Source: Lenisia limosa | Lineage: Eukaryota > Protista > Breviatea | DNA length: 55,975 bases | Assembly: GCA_001655205.1 (NCBI GenBank) | Contig: LPNZ01008761.1 | Span: forward strand, 1-55,975 | Reading direction: 5' to 3' | Part shown: positions 26,950 through 41,199 of the stretch, one piece after another | How positions within the stretch are numbered: the stretch's first letter is position 1 | Layout: every line of letters starts with the position of its first letter | Made by a program: the position numbers and the translations under genes | The notes under the pieces: generated by a model | The model's database searches: none | What the model was told of the DNA's origin: nothing | What the model saw: the letters and a program-made list of their open reading frames with translations, nothing else

Positions 26950-27244
26950 GCGATTCTTTGTTTATTCGTGTTTTCAGTGTATTTAGGTTGATATATGGTC
27001 ATGTCAAATATTATTCTTCGGTGTCCATGGTCATTCAAGAACCCAATGAACAAGAGCGAGGGAAAATCGAAATTAAAGTACGTGTAAAACGATCAATTTG
27101 ATCAGCTGCCAAAATCAAAATTCTCCTCTCCCTGCCCCTCCTGCCACTTTTCTCCCGCTGTTCCCTCATTATTTTTTTCTTATAGTAGAGTCGTGTCGTC
27201 GTTTGGATAGATAGTTGCAAAGACAGACCCCCCCTCTTGACACA

Positions 27245-28929
<1,685 letters not shown>

Positions 28930-29079
28930 CCACACTGAGTGCCAAGTTCACATCTGCACAACATCCTTCAGGCAGATATTAAGGTCTAAGAAAGAAATGA
29001 AGAGTTTTTTATTCCCGAAGGTTGATTTAGCATCTACTCTTTAAATAAATAACATAACGAAAAAACAATATGTTTTAAG

Positions 29080-30241
29080 GCTTAGTAGATATTTTCTCCT
29101 TTGGACTAGACTCCAGCGTTGCTACATAGACAGTTTTCATGAGCTTCCCTGAAAAGTTATTTTGAACATAAGGAAGAATCTTACCTTTTTCACAACAAAT
29201 AAGATTTTCTTCTCAGCAATAGGGGAATTTGCATCTGCTACAGCAGTTAAAGAGGTTACTTCTACCACAAAATAATAAAAGGGACTATGGACACACCTTC
29301 ATTCTTTGACAATCCATGCTGGCCTGCGACATGGGTTTTCTTTTTGACGGACAGCAATGAAGATGCCTTTCCTTGAAGTGGGTTTTCTGCCTTCCCTCCA
29401 ACAGCTGAAGAAATGACAAATCATGATTAGGGTCTTGCTTTGGTCTAAAAAAGACTCCCAAATTATTTCGGAGGTGTATTATGCAGCAGTTTAGTTTTGC
29501 TTACGATCATATTAACTGTTAAGTAGAATCATTAATAAGCCCTTCTGTCTGAACAACTTTTCAGGAACACCCTTCACAAAGGTACAATTCCAAAATGGTA
29601 CTGTGTAACCAATGTACCTATATATACAATAACAGATCTAAATAGCTAGCTACAAGGAAATCCGCGTACACAGTTGGAAGCAAAATATTCAATGTATTAA
29701 TATATAATTATACCCTCATCATTACTTAACGGTGTGGACAGCTTCTGAGAGATAATACAATCGTTTATATCACCTTTCTTCATTTTCAAAAGCACTTTGC
29801 TTTCAATAACGTCGTTTTTGGGTCCCCTTCCCCCCACCAACCATCATCAGCAAGTTCAGCTGGTCCTAGTCTTTCACCTTTTGGACGAAAGGCGTAACCT
29901 ATTCAAACGTTATATTCATTCTTTTGGCAAAGGGTAAAGGGAAAGTGTCGCAGAATTATTAGTGGTCTATCGTGTTCATCAATGTAATTGCCCATTTCGA
30001 GAGACCCATGGGAAATTGAAACTACTGCAATGAAATGGGATAACACAGAAAAGTTACAAGTTGTTAAGACTGAAGACAGCAAAAAACAGTCAAATTACTC
30101 GTTGAACATCTCAAGCCCCAAAAACAAACCTTCCGGTTCATAAGGTGCCTTGTGTACATTGCCTAACTCACGAACAGCAACAATTGGTATGTGCTCAGGA
30201 AGGGCTTCTTTTTCAACAGTTGTTTTACGCCAAAATGCCAT
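29080..30241 (-). CDS. Probable hypothetical multi-exon gene
   Basis: Putative exons MAFWRKTTVEKEALPEHIPIVAVRELGNVHKAPYEPEG, GYAFRPKGERLGPAELADD and AVGGKAENPLQGKASSLL with GT-AG boundaries; no homology recognised. Confidence 0.35.
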
Positions 30242-31772
30242 ATTCGAGATATTCTACAATGATCCCTAATCCGGCTCCTCTAACCCTTAAATTAAGTGGC
30301 TTTAGTTGTAAGACTTATACTTCAGATTCAAGATTATTTAGAAGAGGCCTGGAAGAGGCCTGGAAGAGGCAAGAGCAAGGCAAAAGAGAGAATTAAATAT
30401 ATTCAAATCCTGGGGTCTCCAGTTTCCTTAATATTACGATATCGGTCTCGGGTGCTTTTCTGCTTTTTTTTCTTTTCTTCCCTTTCCCTTTCTCGTTTTG
30501 ATTATTTACCAATTTACCAGGATTTTGTGGAAAAAAACGGTGGGGCGGTGCGAAGAAGGACCCACGGCAAATACACAGTTAATAACAATGAATGATAGCG
30601 GGCAACGACCTTCATGAATAAGCTAAGCAATGGAAGAGAGAGAACAAAAGGTGCTTCCTGAGGCCATTGTGGACCCTCAAACAGAAACCTCAAATGAAGA
30701 TGAAATCTGGGCTAACTTGCCGGAAGCCTCAAATGCATGGTGTGCCTTCCCCCACCCATTGCTCCTCTATATCTGTGACTGCGTGACTACTATCATGAGC
30801 AATAAGTGTGGCTATTCACTTCTCTAGGAACGACCATCTGACAGACATCTACTCGCGAAATGAGTATGGCGGCAGTTTTGACTATGATTCCTTCCATGCT
30901 TTCCTTGACCGTCTAATTTTGGTATGCCGAGACTCTTTCAAATAATCATCATCATTAAAGTGGGAAATAGGTATGTGTATGTATACACTGATAATTATAA
31001 TGTTATTAAAAGTGAAACAATGTATATTGTCACATCAAAAAGAAAGACAATAATATTGTCGTTAATATATCGTACTCAACAAAAGGAGGTGAATACGTGC
31101 GGAAACTTTTTAAAATAGTTCAAACGAGTTTGCATTGATAATATAGGTTTTAGAGCAATCAGAATTTGCAAGAGTATCCAAGCAACTGAAAATTACACAG
31201 CTTGTCAAAAGAGCCTTGGCTGTTCCAGTTATAACGTGCTCTCCTATTACTCTGATTAAGGTTTGTTTTTGAAAAATCTATATGATATGTATAACTCTGG
31301 CTGGACTCTACGCATTTATGCCAAATTCTCTTTTCATAAATGCAGAAATCTTGGGCATCCAATGATGATAAAGTGATGCTAACATGGCCTTGAACTTATT
31401 TTCATAAGAAAAATTGGGGGAAGTGGTATTATTATTCTCTTGTGATTTTTTGGTCTCACATCAGCAAATAATCATGCTGAGTTGCTAGATTCTTGAAAAG
31501 AAATGCTAAACTATTGTAAACATTGCAGCTCTTTGGCTGTATAAACTGCCTGTACGGGCCTGGACAGCAGATTTCCGATTCTCTTACCAGGTGTGCGATT
31601 AAGTTCAGTTCCAGTATTGTTCATGAAAAAGGGATTGTGCATATTATTTCACACATCATAAACAAGTACACAGGGAAGGTCATTTTTTTTACTGTGGATT
31701 TCATCTTCTTTTTTAAAAAAAAACGTCATATTTTTATAACTGAGCAATGGAATTTTCTAGGTCGGGGGATGG

Positions 31773-31865
31773 GTGGCATTATCAAGGTATATGTGGCATT
31801 ATCAATGTATGTGTGGCATTATCAAGGTATGTGTGGCATTATCAATGTATGTGTGGCATTATCAA
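31773..31865. repeat. 20 bp minisatellite, about 4.6 copies
   Basis: GTGGCATTATCAA(G/T)GTAT(A/G)T units start at 31773, 31793, 31813, 31833 and 31853. Confidence 0.95.
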
Positions 31866-34800
31866 AGGCTCCGAGATGATGCTTGCGACTTCTTCTTCAT
31901 AGTAAAGAGGACGTGGGGTAGTAACCTCAATAGGCAGGGGAAGTTTAACAGTGCGAATTTAGGCAAGGGGGTGCGCATTTAGCAGTGCGCAATTAGCCTT
32001 TCCGTTGCATTGACGTTTCTTCTTCTGAGAAAAGTCTTCAGGCCAGAGTCTTCATCTCGCAACGCAGCTTCAGATCGGGGAGCCATTTCTCATAGATCTT
32101 CACAATGTTTGGCAATTTTGAATGAAACTGGAATTTTTTGAATCTTCGTGAAATTCCTTATTGAATTATTTCAAACTTTTTAAGCGGATTTCTTTGGGTA
32201 TTGGATAAAGTACCACTAAATAATCAAAACTGGAAAACGGCTACAGCATTATTCCTCAGGTCTCTCCTTGCCACCTTCGCCCTTTTAATGAGCTTTCATT
32301 TTCCAAAAATATTTTGAGGAAAATGATAACAATCATTGTAAAAAATAATGTGTATGATTGCTCATATCTATTGGTCGGCACTATGGATCTGGCATAACAT
32401 ATTTTCATAACTCATATTGAAACTTTCCCCCCTGTCGTTTATAGTTGAGCAAACACACCAGCGATCGGTCACTGTCACTTATGCTTAAATAGCAATTTTA
32501 CAAGATTGATTAAAATTGTAGAGGGTCCCCTTCTACTAATAGTGCTTTAAAATAAAATGTTCATTCTAAAGTTTGAGTTAGAAAACTACTTTACTGTTCT
32601 CCAAACCACAACTACCAAAAAACAAGTTACTATTATGTTTTCATAATTGTACTATGAATAGTTATTCTTTCATTAATATCATATCATATTATTCAGACAC
32701 TACTATGTTGTATAGAACGCCAACTAGCCGCGTATACAACTGATTTTTTGAAGAAATCTGAACCTTCCACATTCTGATCTCCCAAGATTTTATAAGTACC
32801 GTCGGTTAACCCTTGTCCTATGAGAACCCATTCTTTTTCAACAATATTGTTGTTATTGGTTACTTTCATCATTTGTCCCCTCTTTCATTTTGAACAGACA
32901 GTAAAACAATCTAGTCAGAAAAAAGCAATAATACAGAACTTTTATCTTATTTTTGTTTGAAAAAAAATCAACTCGGAAACCCCAATGCTCTGGAAGTTTC
33001 TGGAATTTTTATCCTATTTGTTTTTTTTTCCTGATCATGTGCTATGCATTCCCATTCTGTAAAAGTCCAACTATAATCAAAGAATAAAAAAGCAACTATT
33101 AAAAGTGCTGTTACTATTTTTTTGGACGAGATCTTAGTTACACACGACCAGAAACATCTGTGAATAATTAACAATCCTGAAATTTTTACATTTTATCAGT
33201 GTTCAGAGTAGTTCGTTTCACTTCCCTGATGAACTGTGTATTTTTAAGCATTGTCATAGTATTATTGTACCATTCTATATTTCCGGCATCTCCAATGAGG
33301 TGAAACTCATGTCAACCTTTTTCTCAGCTGAGGTAATATGCTTTATGATCGAGGTCAATGATTGACAATTCCAAAACAAACACGCATTTTGTGACAAAAA
33401 ACAGGAGAAGGATGACATTTGAAAAAACGAACAGAAAATAGGGGGATTTTCAGAGGATTTTTTCGGGGAAACTGTTTGTGTTATCTTTTTCAACTTCCTA
33501 TCATTTGAATTTTTTTCACCCATTGCAGTTTTATAGATTATCTGTTGGTGTTGGTCACAAGTCATGCTTTTACTCTCTTTTTAGAAGAAGAATGTGGGTG
33601 AGAAAGACGCTCTTAATCTTCATTGTTATTCCCCTTCATCGACTACACCATCGTCTTCTCTCGGACTCTACTACAGATATTGACCTGAAACCAGTTCCAA
33701 ACACATGGTGTGATGGATGGTACATGAGGCTCTAGTGGGACAAACAAAACAAAATAAATTAATATGATAAATAGTGTATGATAGGATAAATTTGATAAAT
33801 TTTTAATCTGGGCATGATGAAAGAATATCACACGAAGGAAATTCAGTCATGACAATATTTATTAAGGTCCCCTTATTAATAGTGCTAGTTACTATAATAG
33901 CTATTTATATTTTTTAATAGCACTGTTAATATGAGTTAGAAAATATTTTCCAAATCACAACTACTCAAGAATAATTACTACGTATGCTGGGGAGGCATGC
34001 AAAAAGTTGTAGTGGGGAGGATAGAGGAGGTCTTTACCAGATTTATGATAAAACGGCTGTTGTTGGTAGTCAATGGTTGCAAATTGATTTGGGGAAGGAT
34101 TTTTTTATTGTTTTTTTGTGTCTCCATATTCGTAAAGCGAACATGAAAATTGTATGGTGTGGCTTTTCATGTAATCTGTGCAAATTTTAAGGTTTTTTGG
34201 GGAAAAAAAAATTGAAAAATTTTGCTTTTTGTTAGAATAAGAAATGTATACTGAAAGAAAAAAAACACATTTAGTATAAAAACAAGAAATACAGGAGGTA
34301 CAAAAATACTACATAATATCCTGTTGGGGGCGAGGTGATCGACAAATTAGGCGTGCGGCGGGGGCAAAAGCCATATCGAGATTCTTGCAATTCTTGGCGG
34401 GCATGGGGGATCTGGGCACTAAAAACTGCAAACCGTTTTACGGGTTTCACCTATTTCATGGAATAGGGATGGTACTCAATTGTTGTAAATCGAATAGGTG
34501 GTGGTATGAGGGAAAGAAGGGGTAAAGTTAGTAGGGTGGTGTGGGTGAGGCTGGAAGACAAAGGTGAGGTTAGTGAGGTGGTGGGAGGTGAGGTATGCCA
34601 GGTACGCCCGGAACGACGGACATGTGGGGCCATGGAAGGTCATGATCGGGTGGGTGGTGAGGTTGCCCGAGGTGACCCCCCTGGCGATGTCAAAGTCGAA
34701 GTCGGTAGGTGTCCGGGGTCGGAGGCGGCTTGGGAGAAGTCTAGGGATAGGCGGTAGGTGTATCTTTGAAAGGACAAAATATTTATCGAAAAAACATTAA

Positions 34801-35717
34801 AGTATATCTTTTTTTGCAACAAGAATGTAGATGTATCAATTAACGAAGAGGAATACAAATAATACATATTCTGTACAAGAAAAGAAAGGAAATAAGAAAA
34901 TAACTAGTACAACAAAATTTATACAACTTCAGGTTGGATGTTTTTATCTTTTTTGAAAGAACAATAACTGTTTTTTATCTTGTTCTTTTTTTTTTTGCAA
35001 GTATAGAAACGTTTATTTATAAAGAAGAGAGAGGAAACGAACTATACAAAAAATATAATGATTAGAGCTAGGGAAGAATGGAGTCACCAAAAGGGGGGAG
35101 GGGAGGTGCTAATAAGCACCATTGGGTAAAAGGAAACACAAAATGTGAATCCGAAAAGGAACGTAGCCAACTCGCTGCTTGCCCTTTGACAGGCTGGCTC
35201 TCTTCAGAGGAAAGGTAGTTTAATTCCAGGGTTATGAAGAGTAGCTCCCCGGTAGCACCGAGGGAGGGAGGGGGGCGCTAATAAGCACTATTGGGTAAAA
35301 GGAAACACATAAATGTGAATCCGGAAAGGAACATGGCTAGTGCAGACGAAGACGAGATCGTACAATGTGGTGAGTGTATGTGCAAGGGTAGTCAGAAACA
35401 GGTGGTTTTTTTTCTGAATATGAAGAGTGGTTCCTCGGGGGCGCCGAGGAGTTGTATTGGGGGAGAGGCTCGGCTAGGCGTGTTGGTGGGAGAACTGGTG
35501 GTAGCAGGTTAAGAAATAGGTGGACCAGCACCCTCCAAGAGAAATGTATTTATCAAAAAACATTCAGTAAACAGTTTGATCTTTTGAAAAGACAAAAATA
35601 AAATATATTGAAACAGTTTTTGATCTTTTTGAAAGAATAATAAATGTATCTATAACAATAACGTAAATCACTTTTCTGGGTTCAATATCGTCAAGATATT
35701 TGACGGCGTTCATTTTT

Positions 35718-35798
35718 GTCAGCATGGCGGAATCGTAGACGCGTAGCACTCAAGTTGCTATCTCTTCGGGGGTGGGAGTTCAAGTCTCCCTGCTGACA
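35718..35798 (+). tRNA. tRNA-Leu(CAA), class II, intronless, atypical D-loop
   Basis: GTCAGCA/TGCTGAC acceptor stem, TAGCA-CTCAAGT-TGCTA anticodon arm, long variable arm, GGGAG-TTCAAGT-CTCCC T arm, followed by a T-run. Confidence 0.88.
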
Positions 35799-35799
35799 A

Positions 35800-36010
35800 T
35801 TTTTTTTATCTTTATTCGTTCCGGTTTTTCTCTTTTTTTCTTTTCTTTTTTTCTTTTCTTTTTTTCTTTTCTTTTTTTCTTTTCTTTTTTCTTTGCTTTT
35901 TTCTTTTCTTTTTTTCTTTTCTTTTTTCTTTGTTTCTTTGCTTTTTTTCTTTTCTTTTTTTCTTTGCTTTTTTTCTTTGCTTTTTTCTTTTCTTTTTTTT
36001 TCTTTTTCAT
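35800..36010 (+). repeat. ~210 bp T/C-rich low-complexity tract downstream of tRNA-Leu
   Basis: Near-pure (T)nC arrays; produces the spurious F-rich and K-rich ORFs. Confidence 0.9.
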
Positions 36011-37623
36011 TCGCTATGCTGTGGTCGGCTATTTTGACGAAAATGTAGAAGTTAGGTATTCAATTGTTGTAAATCGAATAGGTGGAGGTATGAGGGAAAG
36101 AAAAGGTAAAGTTGGTAGGGTGGTTATGGGTGAGGCATGTTTTTTTTTTTTGAAACAATAAAAGATTAATCTATTTAAAGTTTAGAATGGAGAGAATCTT
36201 TTTTACAGTGACAGGGCAGAGATGGAAAGACAATTTACTGAACGTATTTGCTATAACACCTGGAACAAACATCTTCGCGTTCGACCAGAGGCATGATGAG
36301 ATTGAAAGAACAATAATGATGAGTTTTGAAAGAACAAGAAATGCATTCAATAAAACACATTCAGTACAGTTAAAAAAACAAGAAATACAGGGGGTACAAA
36401 TATACTACATAAAAGCTTCTGCTGAGGCGGTTGGGGGCGAGATGATCAACTGATCGACAAATTAGGCGGCAGTGGCGGTGAGGGCGAAAGGCATGACGAG
36501 ATATTGTGTTGTAAATCGAATAGGTGGCGGTATGAGGGTAAGAGGGGTGAAGTTGGTAAGGTGGTTAGGTGGTTAGGGGTGAGGCTCGCAGACAAAGGTG
36601 AAGTTAGTGAGGTGGTGGGAGGTGAGGTATGCCCGGAATGACGAACATTTTTAAACAAGAATGAAAAAATATCAATTAATTTGGGAGGGAGAGAGACAAT
36701 ACAAATACATTCTGTACAAGACAATAAAGAAAATAAAGAAAGAACAAGTACAACAAAATTTAAACATCTTCGGGTGTGGTTGGCGTGACTGTTGGGGGTG
36801 AAATGGGTGAAGTAGACTGTTTGTCTCNNNNNNNNNNNNNNNNNNNNNNNNNNNNNNNNNNNNNNNNNNNNNNNNNNNNNNNNNNNNNNNNNNNNNNNNN
36901 NNNNNNNNNNNNNNNNNNNNNNNNNNNNNNNNNNNNNNNNNNNNNNNNNNNNNNNNNGAACACTCCTGCCAGAGACCCGAGAAGTACCGGTCTCTAAGGC
37001 AACGATCTCAATGGGGCTCAAGGAGTATTGTGGTTGCGTAGGAGGATCAGGAAGAGTGGCTAAGGTGGCGGCTAGAATGGTGAGGGTGTATATATATCAT
37101 ATGATATATATGTATATATGAGAGTTCGGTTGCATCACCTTGTGGTCGTCGAGGTGAGGTTCACTAAATATGATTGCATGGGAAGGGTGGCTGCTGAAAT
37201 GGAGGGCTAAAAAGGTGAAGGTATGGGTAGGAGAGTTCGGTTCGCATCACCTTGTTGTCGAAGTTCCATCATGGTCGCTCGCAAGAGGAAAAAGGTTAGG
37301 GGTTTGGAAGAGGGGAGGGAGGAGAAGGGGGGTCAGGTTCAGGAGGGATGGAAGAGTCCGAGTTGTTGTTGTGGGGACCACTTCCTCAGGTTAGTGTTGT
37401 TCTGTAAGTCCATATTTCCTTGGCGTGTTGGAGTCTGGGGAGGAGTTTAAGAGCTTCACTGGATGGTCTCAGACTGGAGGCGTCGGATATTGTGAGCGTT
37501 TTTGAAAGGGCAAGAAATGTATTTATCGAAACACATTCAGTAAACAAAAATATGTGAGCGCTAATGACGTGTATATTTTTTGGATCATGATTGGCTTTGA
37601 ATCTGTTTCACAAATAAATGTGT

Positions 37624-37714
37624 TCCCTTATAGTGTAGTCGGTAACACTGTTGGCTTTCAAGTTCTTCGGAACAAAGCCCCCAGCCACCCCGGGTTCGAT
37701 TCCCGGTGAGGGAG
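37624..37714 (+). tRNA. tRNA-Glu(TTC) with a 19 nt intron after position 37
   Basis: TCCCTTA/TGAGGGA acceptor stem, GTGT/ACAC D stem, GTTGG-CTTTCA[AGTTCTTCGGAACAAAGCC]C-CCAGC anticodon arm, CCGGG-TTCGATT-CCCGG T arm, downstream T-run. Confidence 0.9.
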
Positions 37715-38589
37715 ATTTTTTGCTCTTTATTTTCTTTTCTTTTCCCTTTTTTCTTTTCTTTTCATTTCTTTTGTTTATCTCGTAACTTCCTCAATATTTC
37801 TATCGCAAAATACATAAATAAAAATATTGACTTTTTTCTGAAATGAGAAACACAAAACAAGGTTGTATCTGGCCAAACCATCCACTAGAGTCAAAAGTCT
37901 CTGCACAATACCCTCTTAAAATCGTCTTATGGCACAGATTTAGGAGGTGCTAGAAAGTTAAAATTGCAGACATCAAAAACCTTGATTGAATAATTTTGTC
38001 GTAAATATTGAAGAGATTGGAATGGACATGGGAGGTTGCGATATAGCATGTTCTTGCTTCAGAAAAAATATGCTCGTCGTAAAATACATTCAGTAGACTT
38101 GGGGGGAACAAAAATTCCTAAACACTTATTCTTTTAGTCGAATATATAGCAAACATAAGGAAAGCGAAAGATGGTCAGAGCAGGACTGGGACACGTGCAT
38201 TCTGTTCGGCTGAGACAGTACTTTCATGAAAAGGAAGTGAGATGTTTAATGTATGCGGCATTTCTATCGCCTTCTCGTTGTTGGTGAGCATCAGAGAGGA
38301 TAGAAGGATAAAGGGGGCCAAAAAGATGGACCAAAAACAATAGAAGAAGAAATGGCTTGATTCAGGTTCTGGCTCAGTGTGTCACTTTGCAGTCTTGGGT
38401 TTGATTTTTGAGTGGTTTTGGGCATTTTTTGAAAATTGTATTTGAAGGACTTTCCATCAATTCCTTCTTGATAGAAGTTGCAGCATTAACGTTATGATTT
38501 TTAGCACTACCTACCTTTAGTATTATTCCTTCTAGTTTTATCTTCCTTTGTACTGATAAGCTAACACTCTATTTCATTTTCCGTATCCT

Positions 38590-40235
38590 CTATTTACGAT
38601 TTAGTCAAAAGCGCTTCCTCAAGCGGGATGGAACCTGGCTGGTTGGTCGAGAGTATTGAAAAGGTTCCTAATAGTCGTGTGGAATACTCTCATTATTACA
38701 TATTTTCCTCTTTTTCGGAAATTAGAATGTTATTCATGCGCATTATAGACGGACCCAAAGGAGAGCATTACCAATGTTAAACCTAATAAAAACAAGGTCT
38801 GTTTGCACATTATGTTGGGTGTGTTTTTTTACTTTAAATTAATAGCTCACATTCAATAGTCGTCAAATCTCCCTTCACCTCTTTCTGCGGCTGATATTCT
38901 GGAAGAAAAACAGAGCGTTGATGAAGTGCGCAAGCAATTGGGATGGGTAGGGGGGAAAGGCTCAGGATGCACATCTTGATTTTCTAACCCTTTTAGCTTC
39001 TAAATGAAACGGGACTAGACGCTAGCATATTATGTTATAGAGGAGCAACAGAATTCATCACTTCAATATCGACAAAGCTCGAATATGACAAACAGGGTAA
39101 AAGGTTGTTTTATACATGATGCATTGTAGTGTTAACTGTTTAGCCAAATCGGTAGAGGCTTGCTAGCCGCTTGCCTTGTTCGTTTGGCCCCCGTGTTTTA
39201 CCTTCCTCAGTCCGTGTTACCACCACCTGTCCAGGTTGGAAGCGTCCGTCAACGTTTAATGCATTTAGACTCTGATTTTTGATCTTCTCGATAGAGGGCT
39301 TCATGAGCCTGGAATGACTCTTCCCAACATTTTGTTTCGGGCAGTTAGCGAGTCAAAAGTCACTTTTGGGCTTCCAATTCTGTTGAAAATTAAACTTTGC
39401 AATGCCCACCCTGGCCTTCTTGATCCAATTGTAGGCAAAAACCAAGAACTTCAGACGTTTTGTTCACAGTTTATATAGTAATTATAATAATACTTGTGTG
39501 TGACAGATTCAATAATTTTATTTCAGTTTGAACACTTCTTGCAAGAGAAGCCGGAAGTCTCTGAGGAGGATGCTGATTGTATGGTATTTGGGAATTGATT
39601 TTGCATTTATAAAGTAAAACCAGTTCTCTCTCGTTTAAAATCCTCTCACTTTCTTAAATACTGATAGTATATCGTCCAAATTTATTCCGCATTGGCTCAT
39701 TTTTCACCTTTAAATCTCCAAGTTTCCTTCTTAAAAAAACGGTCGAAAGCATGACCGTAACCCCCTCCCCAGGATACTTATCCACATGTTGTCGTGGCCC
39801 TGATGGAAAATCTTGTTGAAAGCTATATATTGTCTCTGGAGCAAAATATTCGAGGCAAAATTGAGGTGAGCAATTATGAAAGGATTCACCAATTCAGTAC
39901 CTTGTGAAGTCCTTCTCTAGCGTCTTCAAATCAAAAGGTTAGTTCATAAAGAATTTAATATCTCGTATTGTTGTATTGGCTAAAGCCGTCCACATAAGCG
40001 TTTTTTGAGGAGTGCATTTGAGTAGAATTCACCCTGTCATACTCTTGAGTTTCACATTCCAGATTCTGAGCTTCTCTTGCTGGTTGGCCTCCCTTAGTTT
40101 GACGTGATGATAACCAAATTTTTAACACCCCTTCACTGACAACAGTATCCTCAACTCAAGCGTATTTTTCACCTTGCCTCAAGCGGTGATATAGAAGAGA
40201 CATGCCAACAAATTTTGAGTAGGGAAAAAGGCTAA
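38590..40235 (+). CDS. Probable hypothetical multi-exon protein (5' end uncertain)
   Basis: Phase-compatible exons QIGRGLLAACLVRLAPVFY.., TLIFDLLDRGLHEPG..LDPI, FEHFLQEKPEVSEEDADCM, DTYPHVVVALMENLVESY.., YPQLKRIFHLASSGDIEETCQQILSREKG*. Confidence 0.5.
39978..39994 (-). repeat. Dispersed short repeat, copy E
   Basis: Reverse complement reads TGTGGACGGCTTTAGCC. Confidence 0.65.
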
Positions 40236-41199
40236 TCACCTTAAACTGTAATTTTTTTATATTTTGATCTTTTTGGGGGTTTAGGTGAGAGATTTGTTCA
40301 AAAACCATATTACATCAATATCATATTTTACTTTTTTGATTTGATACTTTACAAAATGTTTGAACAGAGAGGAATATTTACATAGTATATCATATCATGT
40401 ATATTTTTCCAATAAAGTATCATCAAACCTAACACTATATCAAAGCAAAAGCTCAACACAGAAGTCACATCTTCTCAACATCTTATTTGATTTGATATGA
40501 CCCACAGTGGAATAGTAGACATTTTTCAATAGCAACTGTCTTACCACTGTAGTTCATAAACCGTCAGTAGTTCTGAATGGACTGCTTCTGGGACTAACTC
40601 CATTCCTTAATGACCTTATGAAAAATACTGAGAAACGAGCTGTGGGGAGGGGGGGGAGGGGAGTGATTCGCTCAGTGTCCAAAAAATAATCAATCGGGCA
40701 TAACCTTTTCAGGTTTGTCAGGTGATCATGTACCTTCTAACTGGGTCATTTTCAGCTCCTTTTGAACTTACATCTTTTCTGTCAAGTCACCAGGTCTGTC
40801 TGTAATCAAAAAACTGTCCTTGTTAATGATATACTGTAAAGCGAAGGTGATAGCGAATAGTTTACGTCTTTTATGAGGTAGGTTTCTTCTTTTGATGATC
40901 TTTCGCAAGCGCTCATTAAAGTCTACTTTTGAAACAATCGAAGCCAATTCACCGTATAGCTTAATTTAAGTTATCGCAAGGTGTTCTTTTTCTGTGCTGT
41001 TTGTTTGATGTGAATGAGAGTGTTGTTCCTTAGTTATTTTTGTGTCATGTGTGATATTGATATATATATTTATTCAACTTTGTACTCCAAAAGCAATGGT
41101 GCAGAGAGCATAAATAGTATTACATGGAAACAGAAGTACACACACAGTACAGCAGATAGATAGACAAATAGAGCAAGAAATACAACAAAAAAAAACTAT

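Larger units (their letters stand above)
34245..36790. repeat. Degenerate direct-repeat field (three partial copies of a G-rich unit) around tRNA-Leu
   Basis: TTGTTGTAAATCGAATAGGTGG.GGTATGAGGG at about 34480, 36063 and 36508; GTTGGGGGCGAG..GATCGACAAATTAGGCG at about 34324 and 36430; further shared blocks at 34820/36657; ~190 bp tandem duplication at 35075-35450. Confidence 0.85.

Noticed and set aside
31773-31865. Possible CRISPR array
   Set aside because: Contiguous tandem units with no unique spacers, in eukaryotic context with no cas genes
35772-36161. Poly-Lys and poly-Phe ORFs
   Set aside because: Translation of the T/C low-complexity tract downstream of tRNA-Leu
39130-39420. Chromodomain-like minus-strand frame (NWKPKSDF*LANCPK)
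   Set aside because: Contains an in-frame stop, and the plus strand gives phase-consistent exons
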